From Candidatus Poseidoniaceae archaeon (lineage in GTDB: Archaea > Thermoplasmatota > Poseidoniia > Poseidoniales > Poseidoniaceae): a stretch of 64,000 bases of DNA. Shown piece after piece: positions 44,728 to 54,274 of this stretch; within the stretch, counting starts at the first letter, position 1; every line of letters begins with the position of its first letter. The position numbers were made by a program, and so were the translations under genes. Location: NCBI GenBank assembly GCA_045568435.1, contig JBJLBB010000001.1, positions 492,413-556,412 on the forward strand, given 5' to 3'. Under the pieces are notes generated by a model. It was given only the letters and a program-made list of their open reading frames with translations. It did no database searches and had not been told where the DNA came from.

Positions 44728-45927
44728 TTAGGAGTGACCTCCTCTGCCCATGTCGATGGTCAGTTGCATTCTAATTACTGCAACCTCATCGGGGGATAGA
44801 CGTTCCACAAAGGGAACTTTAGCTGTAGTATAACCCGGAGGTAACCACGGCGTGAGTACGACATCTACTAATGGCTCCATAGAACGATTTTGTGCCCGGA
44901 TTGTAACTATTATCTCTCCAGAGCGCATTTCATAACCAGTAGAAACGGCTAACTTACGAGACAATGGTATTTCATCAGCACCAAACCTTTCAGCAGACTT
45001 AATATCAAATCTTAGTGGAAGATTGCCACCTGGAGCAATTATTGGTAGGTCGACTGAATTCGGTTCAGAATACCATCCCTCTGGTACTGGAGGGGATAGG
45101 CGCATTGCAGGCATTGCAATAGGGCCGTCATTTATCAATCTGACAAGTAAAACTCCTGTGTCGCCTCCAGCAGGCCATCGTGTATCTACTCCAAGCCAGA
45201 AATGCCTGAAAAAGAATGGATTGAGAGTCGAAGTATTACCACCTATCAAATCATCAACAAGGTATTCAACTTCGTTTGCCGCTTGACTAACGTCTCCTAT
45301 TTCAGCAGCGGAAGTAGCGTTTCTTAACCTCAAAAGAATATTTTCAACTTCATCTTTCTCGACTTTCTTTTCCTTTAGCAGACGGTGCAACATAGCAATG
45401 CTGCGCCTTAGATAAAGGACATCTTCCTCGAGAGTAACAAGTGCCTGTTCGGCTTTGTGAACACTCTTCTTGGCGCGACTCAATTTGTGCATAGAGAGGA
45501 ATTTTTTGGCTTCCATTATATCTATCTCTGTTGCAGCGAGTGAGTTGGTATCATCTTGGATAACACTTTGAACTATATGTTCAAGATTATTGGAAGCATT
45601 ACGTATTCGTTCGTTGGAGTTCTCCGGGGCAGAGGCTGTTGGTCCGATTTCTTGGTGCAGATTTTCTTCTGTCACTGCATCCTCTTCGACAGTTTCTTCG
45701 ACGGCGGGTTCTTCTGCTTCAGGAGATTCGTATAACTGATTGAACTCGGTAGCATCTTCATCGATTTCATCCTCGGCAGAAGTACTCGGCAAAGAATTAG
45801 TGTCTATATCTGTAGATGCCGTGTCCCCTTCTTCAGCCACTTCTTCTACTATATTCTGCTCCTCCTCTTGACCAGGAATTATGATGTCGTCAATATCTAT
45901 CTCAACGATTTCGTCTTCAGGCATCAT
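44728..45927 (-). CDS. Hypothetical cytoplasmic protein (acidic N-terminus, helical/coiled-coil middle, beta-rich C-terminus)
   Basis: 399-aa ORF with strong GAGGAGGTGA RBS overlapping the upstream stop. Confidence 0.8.
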   Translation of the reverse strand: MMPEDEIVEIDIDDIIIPGQEEEQNIVEEVAEEGDTASTDIDTNSLPSTSAEDEIDEDATEFNQLYESPEAEEPAVEETVEEDAVTEENLHQEIGPTASAPENSNERIRNASNNLEHIVQSVIQDDTNSLAATEIDIMEAKKFLSMHKLSRAKKSVHKAEQALVTLEEDVLYLRRSIAMLHRLLKEKKVEKDEVENILLRLRNATSAAEIGDVSQAANEVEYLVDDLIGGNTSTLNPFFFRHFWLGVDTRWPAGGDTGVLLVRLINDGPIAMPAMRLSPPVPEGWYSEPNSVDLPIIAPGGNLPLRFDIKSAERFGADEIPLSRKLAVSTGYEMRSGEIIVTIRAQNRSMEPLVDVVLTPWLPPGYTTAKVPFVERLSPDEVAVIRMQLTIDMGRGGHS

Positions 45928-48900
45928 CTCTCACCTCCTCATCACCAAGTATTGCATCGATATGCAAGTTATCTAGCATATTAGAATCGGATGCTGTGAT
46001 AGTTTCATCGAATATTTCACTAAGGTCGATTCCTTCATTGGCCAAATCATTGAGTAATCGTGCAGGGTCACTGAGATCTCTTTCAATACGTGTTGCTTTG
46101 ACTTCAATATCGGTCAGCCTTCCATATAAGCCACCATAAAGGCTGTCTGCCCTCTTGACTAGAACCCAAACCCCAATAGTCACTATACCTACATAGCCAC
46201 CTAAAGAGATGAGGTTGGCCTTATTCATCTCGAGTTGAGGGGGAATTCCAAGGACGACTCCTAGCATTCCAAGGAGAGGTAGAGAGAGAATTATTCTTAG
46301 TTGTCTACGGCTATCAGCAAGGGCTTGGAAATGGTCTGCATAAAGGGTTGAAACACCCTTACGTGCTCTTTGATAATCTTCATGTATCAATCTAAATTCA
46401 TCAGTGCTACTCCAAGCCATCTTCCAAACCATCAAGGCAGCAACTAACAATATGAATGGTCCCCAGAATAGAATATTGATCAAGTGGAAGGCGAATCCTA
46501 ATCCTAAGATTCCGGAGTAAACTGCGAATAATCTAAACTTCTCATTCTGACCGGTTAGACGGCCAAGAATTAGAGATAGAAGTGTGAAAACGACAAATGC
46601 TACGAAACTTGAGGATTGGTCTGGAGACCAAGAGTATACTTCATCTTCATAAACTAATTTATCATTACCAGCTACATTCTTTGATAGGAATAGGGGGTCT
46701 ATCTGGACAATACAAGTCCCATCTATTGATTGTGCCCACCAATCTATCTTTTCAGTAGTCAAATTCCATTGAACTGTAGTTTCCTCATCTGGTCCTAGTT
46801 GAGTAATCGGCATAGGGACTGTATTGATAGTAGAACCAGAACAAGTTGCTTCTACTGCAAATATTAGTGCTTGAGAAGTCCCTTCATTTCTTATTGTAGC
46901 ACTTAATACTGAATCAGTACCTTCTTGTAATGTTCCTTCACTAATCCAAACTCGCTTGACTGCAGGGTCTGCATAAACGTCTAATTCAAATCTAAATGTT
47001 TCATTGAATGATTCGGTATATCCTGCATTCTCATCTGGATGGAATAATTTGAACTTTAAGTCCCAACCATCTTCTGTAATCAAGTTGGGCTTATCAGGCA
47101 TATCGACTGAAATTCTAATCAAATTAGGATTCCAAGCAGTGGAAACTGGGAGAGTGTATCTATTGCCACCAGTTGTTTCACCACAATCTACATTGATTAG
47201 CGGTAGTGAATAGGATGTGACTGAACCATTTACTTCATCTATCAATAGAGTAAATGTCCAAGGATAGTTGGCTTCATCTAAACCATTGGCATCAAAGTCA
47301 AACAGTCTTGTGGCAGAACATAATTCAAACTCATATGCCACTGAAGTCGAAGGACCCCTTGGTATGTGAGAGTAAAGCATGTTCACTTCGACTGGTCCGC
47401 CATCTTGTGGAGGTTGCAACACATAATCGCTTATCTTGAAGAATCTAGACATTACCAATGTAGTGTTTAGATATTCAACGCCCTCTACTGAAGTGTCTTG
47501 TGGAGTTAAAGTTACAACCAAGTTAGAGGTTAAATCAAGGTCTGGAGTTATGTCTGTAGCACGGATTAAAAATTCAAAACTAACATTCGAATTACGCGGT
47601 AGAGTAATTTGAGATGGACCTAGTGCTAAAATCCAATCATCGCTGTAAATATCTGAGCTTGGTTCATCATCAAGGTCGAAACCGGATTTGAATATTTTAT
47701 ACTCCACATCGACTGTAACATCTTTATTTCCAACATTGACTATTGTCGCTTCCCATGTCCTGTTACTTTCTCTACTGAATTCCATCTCATAGGGCCAATC
47801 TCTAACCTCGAGCATAAACATTGGAGAAATAACCAACTTCACATTGGCTATTCCGGCTGTTAAGTCAGTAGAAGGATATGCCAGTCTAATTGTTAGATTA
47901 TGAATAGAACCATCGTCAAGCCCTTCGACCTCTGATATTTCAGGGACCGTGACTGTGACGCTACCTTGAATCACTTGATCTTTGATTAAAGTCATCGATT
48001 GTGACTCAGGAACTACTTCCCAGCCACCCTCTACGCTTGCTATGACATCGAAGTTTTCTGCTAAATTTCCAAGATTTGTGACTGTGAAATTTACTACTTG
48101 CTCTTGACCTGGTAGTATCCCCATTTGTTGTGGTGCATCGATTAGAAGAGAACGTTGTTCACTAACATTTGCAACAATATCAGCAGATAAATTCACCCCA
48201 GTATCTGTTGAAACCCAAACTGTGGCCATGTAAAAGGAATCTGAATCGGCATCAGCTGCCGCACTCATACGAATCTTGATAGAATCTTGAGACCCAGGGG
48301 CAATTATAATTTGGTTAGGTGATTCAAGACTGAAATCTACTGCTCCTGATTGAGATTCATCTAACCATATCGAGTATGTTGTAGGAGCATTACCAGTATT
48401 TGTCACATAAACTCTGGTTAGTGGAGTTTCCATTTGTGAAGTATTAATTGGGACTGTTTGATTGGTGGGGGAGAGTGTTGCGTTAATGAAAGGACCGACC
48501 CTAATATCAACGGTTTCCACACCGATTAACATGCCCGTATCCTTATCTTCAATCTTGATGTTAATTGGCTGAATAGTATAGGCTTCAGCGAATGGGTCTG
48601 TTGTTACTGTAAGTCTAAAATTCGTAATGTGAGAATTACCCGATGATACACCATCTGCAACATCAGCAGGAAGGTTATCGATTGTGTTAGAAGTTGTAGT
48701 CGTAGTATTGAGTGAAGCGACCCAGCCATTTGGCAAGTCGTCTAGAATAGAAAGTTGATAAGATGTTAGGTCATTACCAGTATTTGCAAAAGCTAAATCA
48801 TGCCATTTCGGTTCGCCAAGTGGTACGTCGAATGGACCTATGTCGATTATCTCTGCATCTCGTATTGAAGGGATTATGATAGTCATATTTCTAGTCACAT

Positions 48901-50845
48901 CAGAAACTAAAACATTAGGAATTGTTGGACCATTAAGCGTTGGAGTAGCAGTCAAAGGTATGGTTAATGTACCTGCTAGAGGATAATCGTCGTAAGGACC
49001 TTGGATACCTAAAGAAGTAGTACTGCTATCTCCTAGTGACATCCCGGTAAACGACCAAGGGCTTAGGTTAGTAGACCACCTTTTAGCCTCTGAAAAGCCG
49101 CCACTATTCAAGGGCTCAAAGGAGAGATTACCTACAGTTAATACCGAATCCACAGTATTGGATAGAACGCCGTCAAGATTATGACGCACTTCCACTGAGA
49201 GAGGCAACAGGTAATCCCAGCCTAAACCATTCTTAGCATCAATAACTTCTTGTGCAGTTAATTCTAATTGTTCACCATTGAGACCAGGGTCTACGACGAT
49301 TACTGGCCTAACTTCAATTTGACTTGTCGATGTGGAAGGTAGCCCACCATTACTTGACATTGCTTGAACCCAGACATTTAACACATCTCCAGCACGATTG
49401 TATTCAGACAAGTCCAATGGCTTTTGAATTGGAGGCACTGTAATAGAAACTTCGAAGGTAATAACTTCTGAATCATTTACTAATCCAGTGAATGGAGTAG
49501 AAAGTTCAACAGACCAATTACTAGCATTTACTGAAAGTCCGGCAGATAGAGAAAAAGTACCCGGCACGTTACCTGTGTTAGTGAGTGTAGCAGTGAAATT
49601 GACTTCCTTTCCTGGTGTCACCGATGTTGTAGTGGCTGGCATTGTAATAGTTGCTTCAAATAATTCTCCTGCCATTACTCTGGCGGTAGAAGTAAGTGTG
49701 TAACTGCCGCCAACAGACACCAAATCTACAGTAATTGTATCTATTTGAGACCTTAGAGCGTTAGATGGGACGGTCACTGGTACCAAAATGGTTGCACTAG
49801 CACCTGGGGCAAATACATTGGTCGAAGGGCTTGGTGAATGAGGTTGGTTCCAACCTAGGACGCTAGAAACGGCAATAGAAAATGAATCGCTGTTTAGCCC
49901 TTTATTTGTTACAATGAAAGTTAGAGTAGTGGTCAATCCTGGCTCGGTAGTCCTGTCAGCAGGAGTGGATAAAACAGAGATATAATCGGAGAATTCGACA
50001 TCTCTTTGTTGCACTATATCGGAATCTGTCCAGCCTCCTGTTCCGTTGTAAATCACTTTGGCAGTAAGTGACCAAACACCAGCCATAGAACCACCATTGA
50101 AGGAAGTGGAAAGATTTTCACTAACCGCAGGAACGTAAAGAGAGCCCGGGCTTAGTATAATTTCACCAGACCAAAATGTCTTGACATTACTTGGGTCTGC
50201 AACGTTGATAAATTCCAGTTCGAATACTGCTGAAATATCCTTTATTCCATTATTGATGACAGTTGCATTGAAAACTTGGGCGCTGTTAGCAATTCTAGCA
50301 ATCGAAGACCCGCCAGTAGGCAAAGGCACAGAATCGCCAAGGGCGTCACCCTTCATGAAAGGAGGAGAAGAAACATTGAAGTCGAGGCGCTTCTCATCAT
50401 TAGCGGAATTTGGATCAGGGCTTTGCGGCACTACTCTCGCGAACAGTGTTTGTAAATCACCTGGAGAAGCAGTCCAAGCAATTAGCACTGGATTGGATGA
50501 CGACGTCATTGGAATATTACCTAAATTAACAGTCTTGACAATCGTTTCACCTGCCAGAGGGGTGCCTCTGTGTACTAGGGAAACCGATGTCGCCCCATCT
50601 ACTGAACCTGAATTAGAAACCACAATTCTTGCAACATGGGTCGCGTTTTCAACTTCCATACTTGTTCCGTAATCAACAGAACCTGCACCATCCAAAGTGA
50701 ATAGTGAAACGCTGAAGTCTGCAGTGGAGCGAGCCGATGTACCTTCCCCAGCGCTAACTATTGGAGACATAGCTGGGGCCAAGAATAACATTATCATGAT
50801 AATGCCAAGAGACATTTGTGAAAGTTTTTCACGCAGATGCGCCAC
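45917..50845 (-). CDS. Large surface protein with CARDB/NEW3-like Ig repeats and a C-terminal multi-TM anchor
   Basis: Signal peptide; repeated TNxGN motifs (VTNKGLNSD, LTNTGNVP, VTNTGNAP, VTNLGNLAE); about five TM helices near the C-terminus. Exact start uncertain (GTG 50845 or ATG 50815). Confidence 0.82.
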   Translation of the reverse strand: MAHLREKLSQMSLGIIMIMLFLAPAMSPIVSAGEGTSARSTADFSVSLFTLDGAGSVDYGTSMEVENATHVARIVVSNSGSVDGATSVSLVHRGTPLAGETIVKTVNLGNIPMTSSSNPVLIAWTASPGDLQTLFARVVPQSPDPNSANDEKRLDFNVSSPPFMKGDALGDSVPLPTGGSSIARIANSAQVFNATVINNGIKDISAVFELEFINVADPSNVKTFWSGEIILSPGSLYVPAVSENLSTSFNGGSMAGVWSLTAKVIYNGTGGWTDSDIVQQRDVEFSDYISVLSTPADRTTEPGLTTTLTFIVTNKGLNSDSFSIAVSSVLGWNQPHSPSPSTNVFAPGASATILVPVTVPSNALRSQIDTITVDLVSVGGSYTLTSTARVMAGELFEATITMPATTTSVTPGKEVNFTATLTNTGNVPGTFSLSAGLSVNASNWSVELSTPFTGLVNDSEVITFEVSITVPPIQKPLDLSEYNRAGDVLNVWVQAMSSNGGLPSTSTSQIEVRPVIVVDPGLNGEQLELTAQEVIDAKNGLGWDYLLPLSVEVRHNLDGVLSNTVDSVLTVGNLSFEPLNSGGFSEAKRWSTNLSPWSFTGMSLGDSSTTSLGIQGPYDDYPLAGTLTIPLTATPTLNGPTIPNVLVSDVTRNMTIIIPSIRDAEIIDIGPFDVPLGEPKWHDLAFANTGNDLTSYQLSILDDLPNGWVASLNTTTTTSNTIDNLPADVADGVSSGNSHITNFRLTVTTDPFAEAYTIQPINIKIEDKDTGMLIGVETVDIRVGPFINATLSPTNQTVPINTSQMETPLTRVYVTNTGNAPTTYSIWLDESQSGAVDFSLESPNQIIIAPGSQDSIKIRMSAAADADSDSFYMATVWVSTDTGVNLSADIVANVSEQRSLLIDAPQQMGILPGQEQVVNFTVTNLGNLAENFDVIASVEGGWEVVPESQSMTLIKDQVIQGSVTVTVPEISEVEGLDDGSIHNLTIRLAYPSTDLTAGIANVKLVISPMFMLEVRDWPYEMEFSRESNRTWEATIVNVGNKDVTVDVEYKIFKSGFDLDDEPSSDIYSDDWILALGPSQITLPRNSNVSFEFLIRATDITPDLDLTSNLVVTLTPQDTSVEGVEYLNTTLVMSRFFKISDYVLQPPQDGGPVEVNMLYSHIPRGPSTSVAYEFELCSATRLFDFDANGLDEANYPWTFTLLIDEVNGSVTSYSLPLINVDCGETTGGNRYTLPVSTAWNPNLIRISVDMPDKPNLITEDGWDLKFKLFHPDENAGYTESFNETFRFELDVYADPAVKRVWISEGTLQEGTDSVLSATIRNEGTSQALIFAVEATCSGSTINTVPMPITQLGPDEETTVQWNLTTEKIDWWAQSIDGTCIVQIDPLFLSKNVAGNDKLVYEDEVYSWSPDQSSSFVAFVVFTLLSLILGRLTGQNEKFRLFAVYSGILGLGFAFHLINILFWGPFILLVAALMVWKMAWSSTDEFRLIHEDYQRARKGVSTLYADHFQALADSRRQLRIILSLPLLGMLGVVLGIPPQLEMNKANLISLGGYVGIVTIGVWVLVKRADSLYGGLYGRLTDIEVKATRIERDLSDPARLLNDLANEGIDLSEIFDETITASDSNMLDNLHIDAILGDEEVRDDA

Positions 50846-51260
50846 CTCCTGGTGCTTCGAAATTATCGATTCTAACCTTCTTTCCTTGTCGCTTCCATTG
50901 AGCCAATAACTGGTCAAGTAGCCTTCCATGTTCGATGTCGGTAATTCCTAGCCTTCGGCGCTCTTCCCAAAGCAGTAGTTGCTCTGTTTTGGTCAATAGT
51001 GCATCTCTAAGATATAGTTCGAGAGTTCTGCGATAGGCGTCTCTATCTGAAATTGCATAAACAATTACATCGCCAGGAAGTTGGTCGGCACGGTTTTGAA
51101 TGATATTGCCAAGGGTTAGAGCCTCGTCATATGAGAGGTTGCGCTTATCCAAGTCTGCTTGGATTGAACTGGCTATTTGCTGGAGTTCATACTTGCCTGG
51201 AGCACGCTGAACTTGCTTCAACAAGCGGCGGGCCTTTCGAGACATACGTAGACCTACCAT
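50829..51260 (-). CDS. Hypothetical helical protein (C-terminal TerB/ENT-like D..L...E..LL...R..LGI...EH module)
   Basis: 143 aa from ATG 51260; TATA-like TTTGAATA upstream; overlaps the next gene start. Confidence 0.7.
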   Translation of the reverse strand: MVGLRMSRKARRLLKQVQRAPGKYELQQIASSIQADLDKRNLSYDEALTLGNIIQNRADQLPGDVIVYAISDRDAYRRTLELYLRDALLTKTEQLLLWEERRRLGITDIEHGRLLDQLLAQWKRQGKKVRIDNFEAPGGGASA

Positions 51261-51478
51261 GGCAAGTCCTTGAACAAGGCAGTTATTCAAAGAATCGGTT
51301 GCTACCACATCGGCTACCCAATATGCGCTTGTTTTTATTCAAATTGCATATTCGATTTACTAAGAGCCTAAATAACGATTGAATTTTACAAAAACTATGA
51401 AAATAACGAATCAAACTGAAAAAACTTGTATCTCGAAATAATGCAACCTTTGATGAGTGATAAATGCCACGAATATCT

Positions 51479-51961
51479 ATGTCCGAAGTAACAACCTTGC
51501 AAGTTGACCAGCCTGCACCTCGATTTTCATGCCTTGATTCCGCTGGAGAAAACCATGACTTAGAGGCGTATATGTCTGAAGGAAAAACCGTTATTTTGTA
51601 TTTCTACCCTCGTGACTCAACTCCTGGATGTACAGTACAAGCATGTGACTTTAGAGATTCTATGGCTAGGCTGAATAAAGGAGACTATGTGGTTCTTGGA
51701 GTTTCCAAAGATTCTGCTAAATCTCATGATAAATTTATTTCCAAGAAAGAATTGAATTTCCCACTTCTCATGGATGAAGATGGCGCACTACACGAGGCTT
51801 ACGGAACTTGGAGATTAAAGAAAAATTACGGTAGAGAGTATATGGGATGCGCCCGTTCTACCTTTGTGATAAACTCTGAAGGAAATATCTCATGGGTTAG
51901 ATACAACGTGAAAGCCAAGGGTCACGTAGATATGTTGATGCGAGAACTTAGTGTTGAGTGA
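51479..51961 (+). CDS. bcp: Peroxiredoxin, BCP/PrxQ family
   Basis: LYFYPRDSTPGCTVQACDFRD, GVSKDS, RSTFVI. Confidence 0.94.
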   Translation: MSEVTTLQVDQPAPRFSCLDSAGENHDLEAYMSEGKTVILYFYPRDSTPGCTVQACDFRDSMARLNKGDYVVLGVSKDSAKSHDKFISKKELNFPLLMDEDGALHEAYGTWRLKKNYGREYMGCARSTFVINSEGNISWVRYNVKAKGHVDMLMRELSVE

Positions 51962-52454
51962 GAGTGAAAATATGGGTGAAGATAACCCAGTTCCTAAAAA
52001 TAGGATACCATTAGCAAACAATAGCGTTGCTTGGTCACCTTGCATGATTGGAGAAAATCTAACTCATGGTCATGATTGTTCAATTGGAGCTATGGCGCAT
52101 ATCGGGAGAAATGTCACTATGGGAGATAAATGTCGTATCCAAGGTGGAGCATACATTGCCGATGATTGCTCATTAGGAAACTCTGTATTCATTGGTCCAA
52201 ATGCAACACTCCTCAATGACAAATACCCTCCATCGGGTGATTCGAAATATTGGTCGCCTGTCAAGATAGAAGACAATGCAGTCATTGGAGGAGGGGCGAC
52301 TGTGATTGCTGGATGTATAGTTGGCATTGATGCTGTTCTTGGCGCAGGCTCCGTCCTTACCAGAGATGTTCCAGCAGGTGAAGTTTGGGCTGGAAATCCT
52401 GCTAAATTCATGATGAGTCGGAAACAATATGATTCAAAAAGAGGAAACTCATAA
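51951..52454 (+). CDS. Hexapeptide-repeat (left-handed beta-helix) N-acetyltransferase, NDP-aminosugar type
   Basis: Hexapeptide repeats, VFIGPNATLLNDKYP, GAGSVLTRDVP...WAGNPAK. Confidence 0.85.
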   Translation: MLSESENMGEDNPVPKNRIPLANNSVAWSPCMIGENLTHGHDCSIGAMAHIGRNVTMGDKCRIQGGAYIADDCSLGNSVFIGPNATLLNDKYPPSGDSKYWSPVKIEDNAVIGGGATVIAGCIVGIDAVLGAGSVLTRDVPAGEVWAGNPAKFMMSRKQYDSKRGNS

Positions 52455-52474
52455 CTAGATTAAAAGGTGATTAA

Positions 52475-53278
52475 ATGGATAGAAAAGGAATAGTAGCAGA
52501 CTTTCTTCAGCGTTGTATTGATTATTCGGAAGCATCGATTTCTCGTAAAGAGAAAAGAGGCGATACCGAAGAGATTGAATCATGGAAGACATATCAAGAA
52601 TTCACCAAGCACGCACTGATGGAAGTTCATACTGGGAAACTAGATTCTTGGTTTGAAAATGAAAAGCCTGCTGAATTAAAACAACCAAAAAGAATCGATG
52701 TCCTTGATTTAGAACATCGAGAAAGAGCTACTTGGCTCTCTGGAATTCTTTCTCCACGTCCTTTGGTATTGGTTTCAACAAAGAATAGTGAGGGCTTAGG
52801 CAATCTAGCACCGCTGACATCTGCGATGGCTGTTTCAACAAAGCCACCTTTGATGATCGTATCGCTGAGTCAAGGGAAAAATGGCCGCCAACGAGATACA
52901 ATGAATAATCTTCGTGAAACTAAGAAGGCTATCTTGCACATGATGCCCAGTACTCTTGAAGCAGTAGATTGGGTTGATGATGCAGGCTCTCCAATTCCAC
53001 CGAGTGAAAGTGAATGGGATTTGACAGGACTCGAGGCAGACGAAGATGAACCAATGTTGGTAAAGCAAGCAGTTGCTGCCATTGAAGTCGAATACCTCGA
53101 AGAGGTTAAACTACCTGATGCAGTCGCTAAATTAGTTGTACTCAAAGTCACACATATCTGGACTTCTCTAGACCAGGCACCATTATCTGGATTGGATATT
53201 TTGTGTCAGCACGGCCTAGATAGATTGACTCCATCACCAGAAAATTGGGGTAAAACAATCGACAAGCACTATGGCTGA
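52475..53278 (+). CDS. Flavin reductase-like (DIM6/NTAB) protein with an extra N-terminal helical domain
   Basis: SPRPLVLVST...NLAP..S...VSTKPP...RDTMNNLRET...ESEWDLTGL. Confidence 0.8.
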   Translation: MDRKGIVADFLQRCIDYSEASISRKEKRGDTEEIESWKTYQEFTKHALMEVHTGKLDSWFENEKPAELKQPKRIDVLDLEHRERATWLSGILSPRPLVLVSTKNSEGLGNLAPLTSAMAVSTKPPLMIVSLSQGKNGRQRDTMNNLRETKKAILHMMPSTLEAVDWVDDAGSPIPPSESEWDLTGLEADEDEPMLVKQAVAAIEVEYLEEVKLPDAVAKLVVLKVTHIWTSLDQAPLSGLDILCQHGLDRLTPSPENWGKTIDKHYG

Positions 53279-53279
53279 A

Positions 53280-54266
53280 TCAATTTTCTGTCAATTCCTT
53301 CCACATCATTTGGAGGCCTTGTTGTAAATCAACAGTTGGTTGCCATCCAAGGATACGTTTTGAATCCTCAATATCGGGCAAGCGTCTTTTGGAATCACCG
53401 AAGTATCCTGTACCAAATTCAATATCAAAGTCATCTTTAGCAGAAGCAATTACTACTTTTTCAGCCAATTGTGAGATGGTTGTTTCTTCGGTAGAACCAA
53501 TGTTGAAAGCGACGCCTGAAAGGACACTACCATCGATTCCTTGGTCTAATAAGCCGGCTTTTACAAAGCCGTCAGTAATATCATCTATCCAAGTAAAAGA
53601 ACGGGTTTGTAAGCCATCACCATGAACGACTATTGTTTCCTTGTTGAGTAATTTATTGAAAAATATCGAAACTACTTGACCGTAATCATCACCCATCAAT
53701 CGAGGCCCATATGCATTAAATGGCCTTACAATCCTAACATCAAGGCCTTCTCTTGCTGCGTGTTGACAAGCAACTTCATCGAGGTACTTACTGGCACCAT
53801 AAGAATGCCTTTGGTGTTTAGCAGGGTCGGTGAATTGCATCATATTTCCATCTCGAATCGGTTGCTCAGGTGCTTCACCAAAGGCTTCAGGAGATGAGGC
53901 CAAGACATATCTTGCATCATGAGCCATCGCTAATTCCAAAGTCCTAAGAGTACCATTGATATTTACATCGATAACTGAATGTGCCGCTTCGTGGAACCAT
54001 TTTGTTCCATTAACCGCTGCTAAATGAAAGACTAAATCCAATCCTCCAAGTGTTTCAACCGCACTATCTAAAGCCTCAACTTCTCTAACATCAGCGTGAA
54101 GAAATGTGAAGTTTTCATCATCTTGAATCAGTGATAAGTTTTCTAAATTTCCACGAAAAAGAGAATCTAAAGCAACTACCTTATGCCCTAGTTCAATTAA
54201 TGAGTGACATAATGAAGAGCCAAGAAAACCAGCACCGCCGGTGACAAGTATCCTAAGTTCAGCCAT
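53280..54266 (-). CDS. NAD-dependent epimerase/dehydratase (UDP-glucuronate decarboxylase-like SDR)
   Basis: GGAGFLG, YGASK, RPFNAYGPR, GDGLQTRSFTWIDD. Confidence 0.92.
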   Translation of the reverse strand: MAELRILVTGGAGFLGSSLCHSLIELGHKVVALDSLFRGNLENLSLIQDDENFTFLHADVREVEALDSAVETLGGLDLVFHLAAVNGTKWFHEAAHSVIDVNINGTLRTLELAMAHDARYVLASSPEAFGEAPEQPIRDGNMMQFTDPAKHQRHSYGASKYLDEVACQHAAREGLDVRIVRPFNAYGPRLMGDDYGQVVSIFFNKLLNKETIVVHGDGLQTRSFTWIDDITDGFVKAGLLDQGIDGSVLSGVAFNIGSTEETTISQLAEKVVIASAKDDFDIEFGTGYFGDSKRRLPDIEDSKRILGWQPTVDLQQGLQMMWKELTEN

Positions 54267-54274
54267 ATTCACAC

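Noticed and set aside
37205..51260. Chemotaxis genes or prepilin peptidase (flaK/pibD) near the archaellum operon
   Set aside because: No CheA/CheY/CheF/MCP or GxGD peptidase motifs recognised in this window; they may lie elsewhere.
51320..51352. AATATGC-N19-GCATATT inverted repeat in the divergent promoter region
   Set aside because: 7-bp arms in AT-rich DNA with no corroborating copy.
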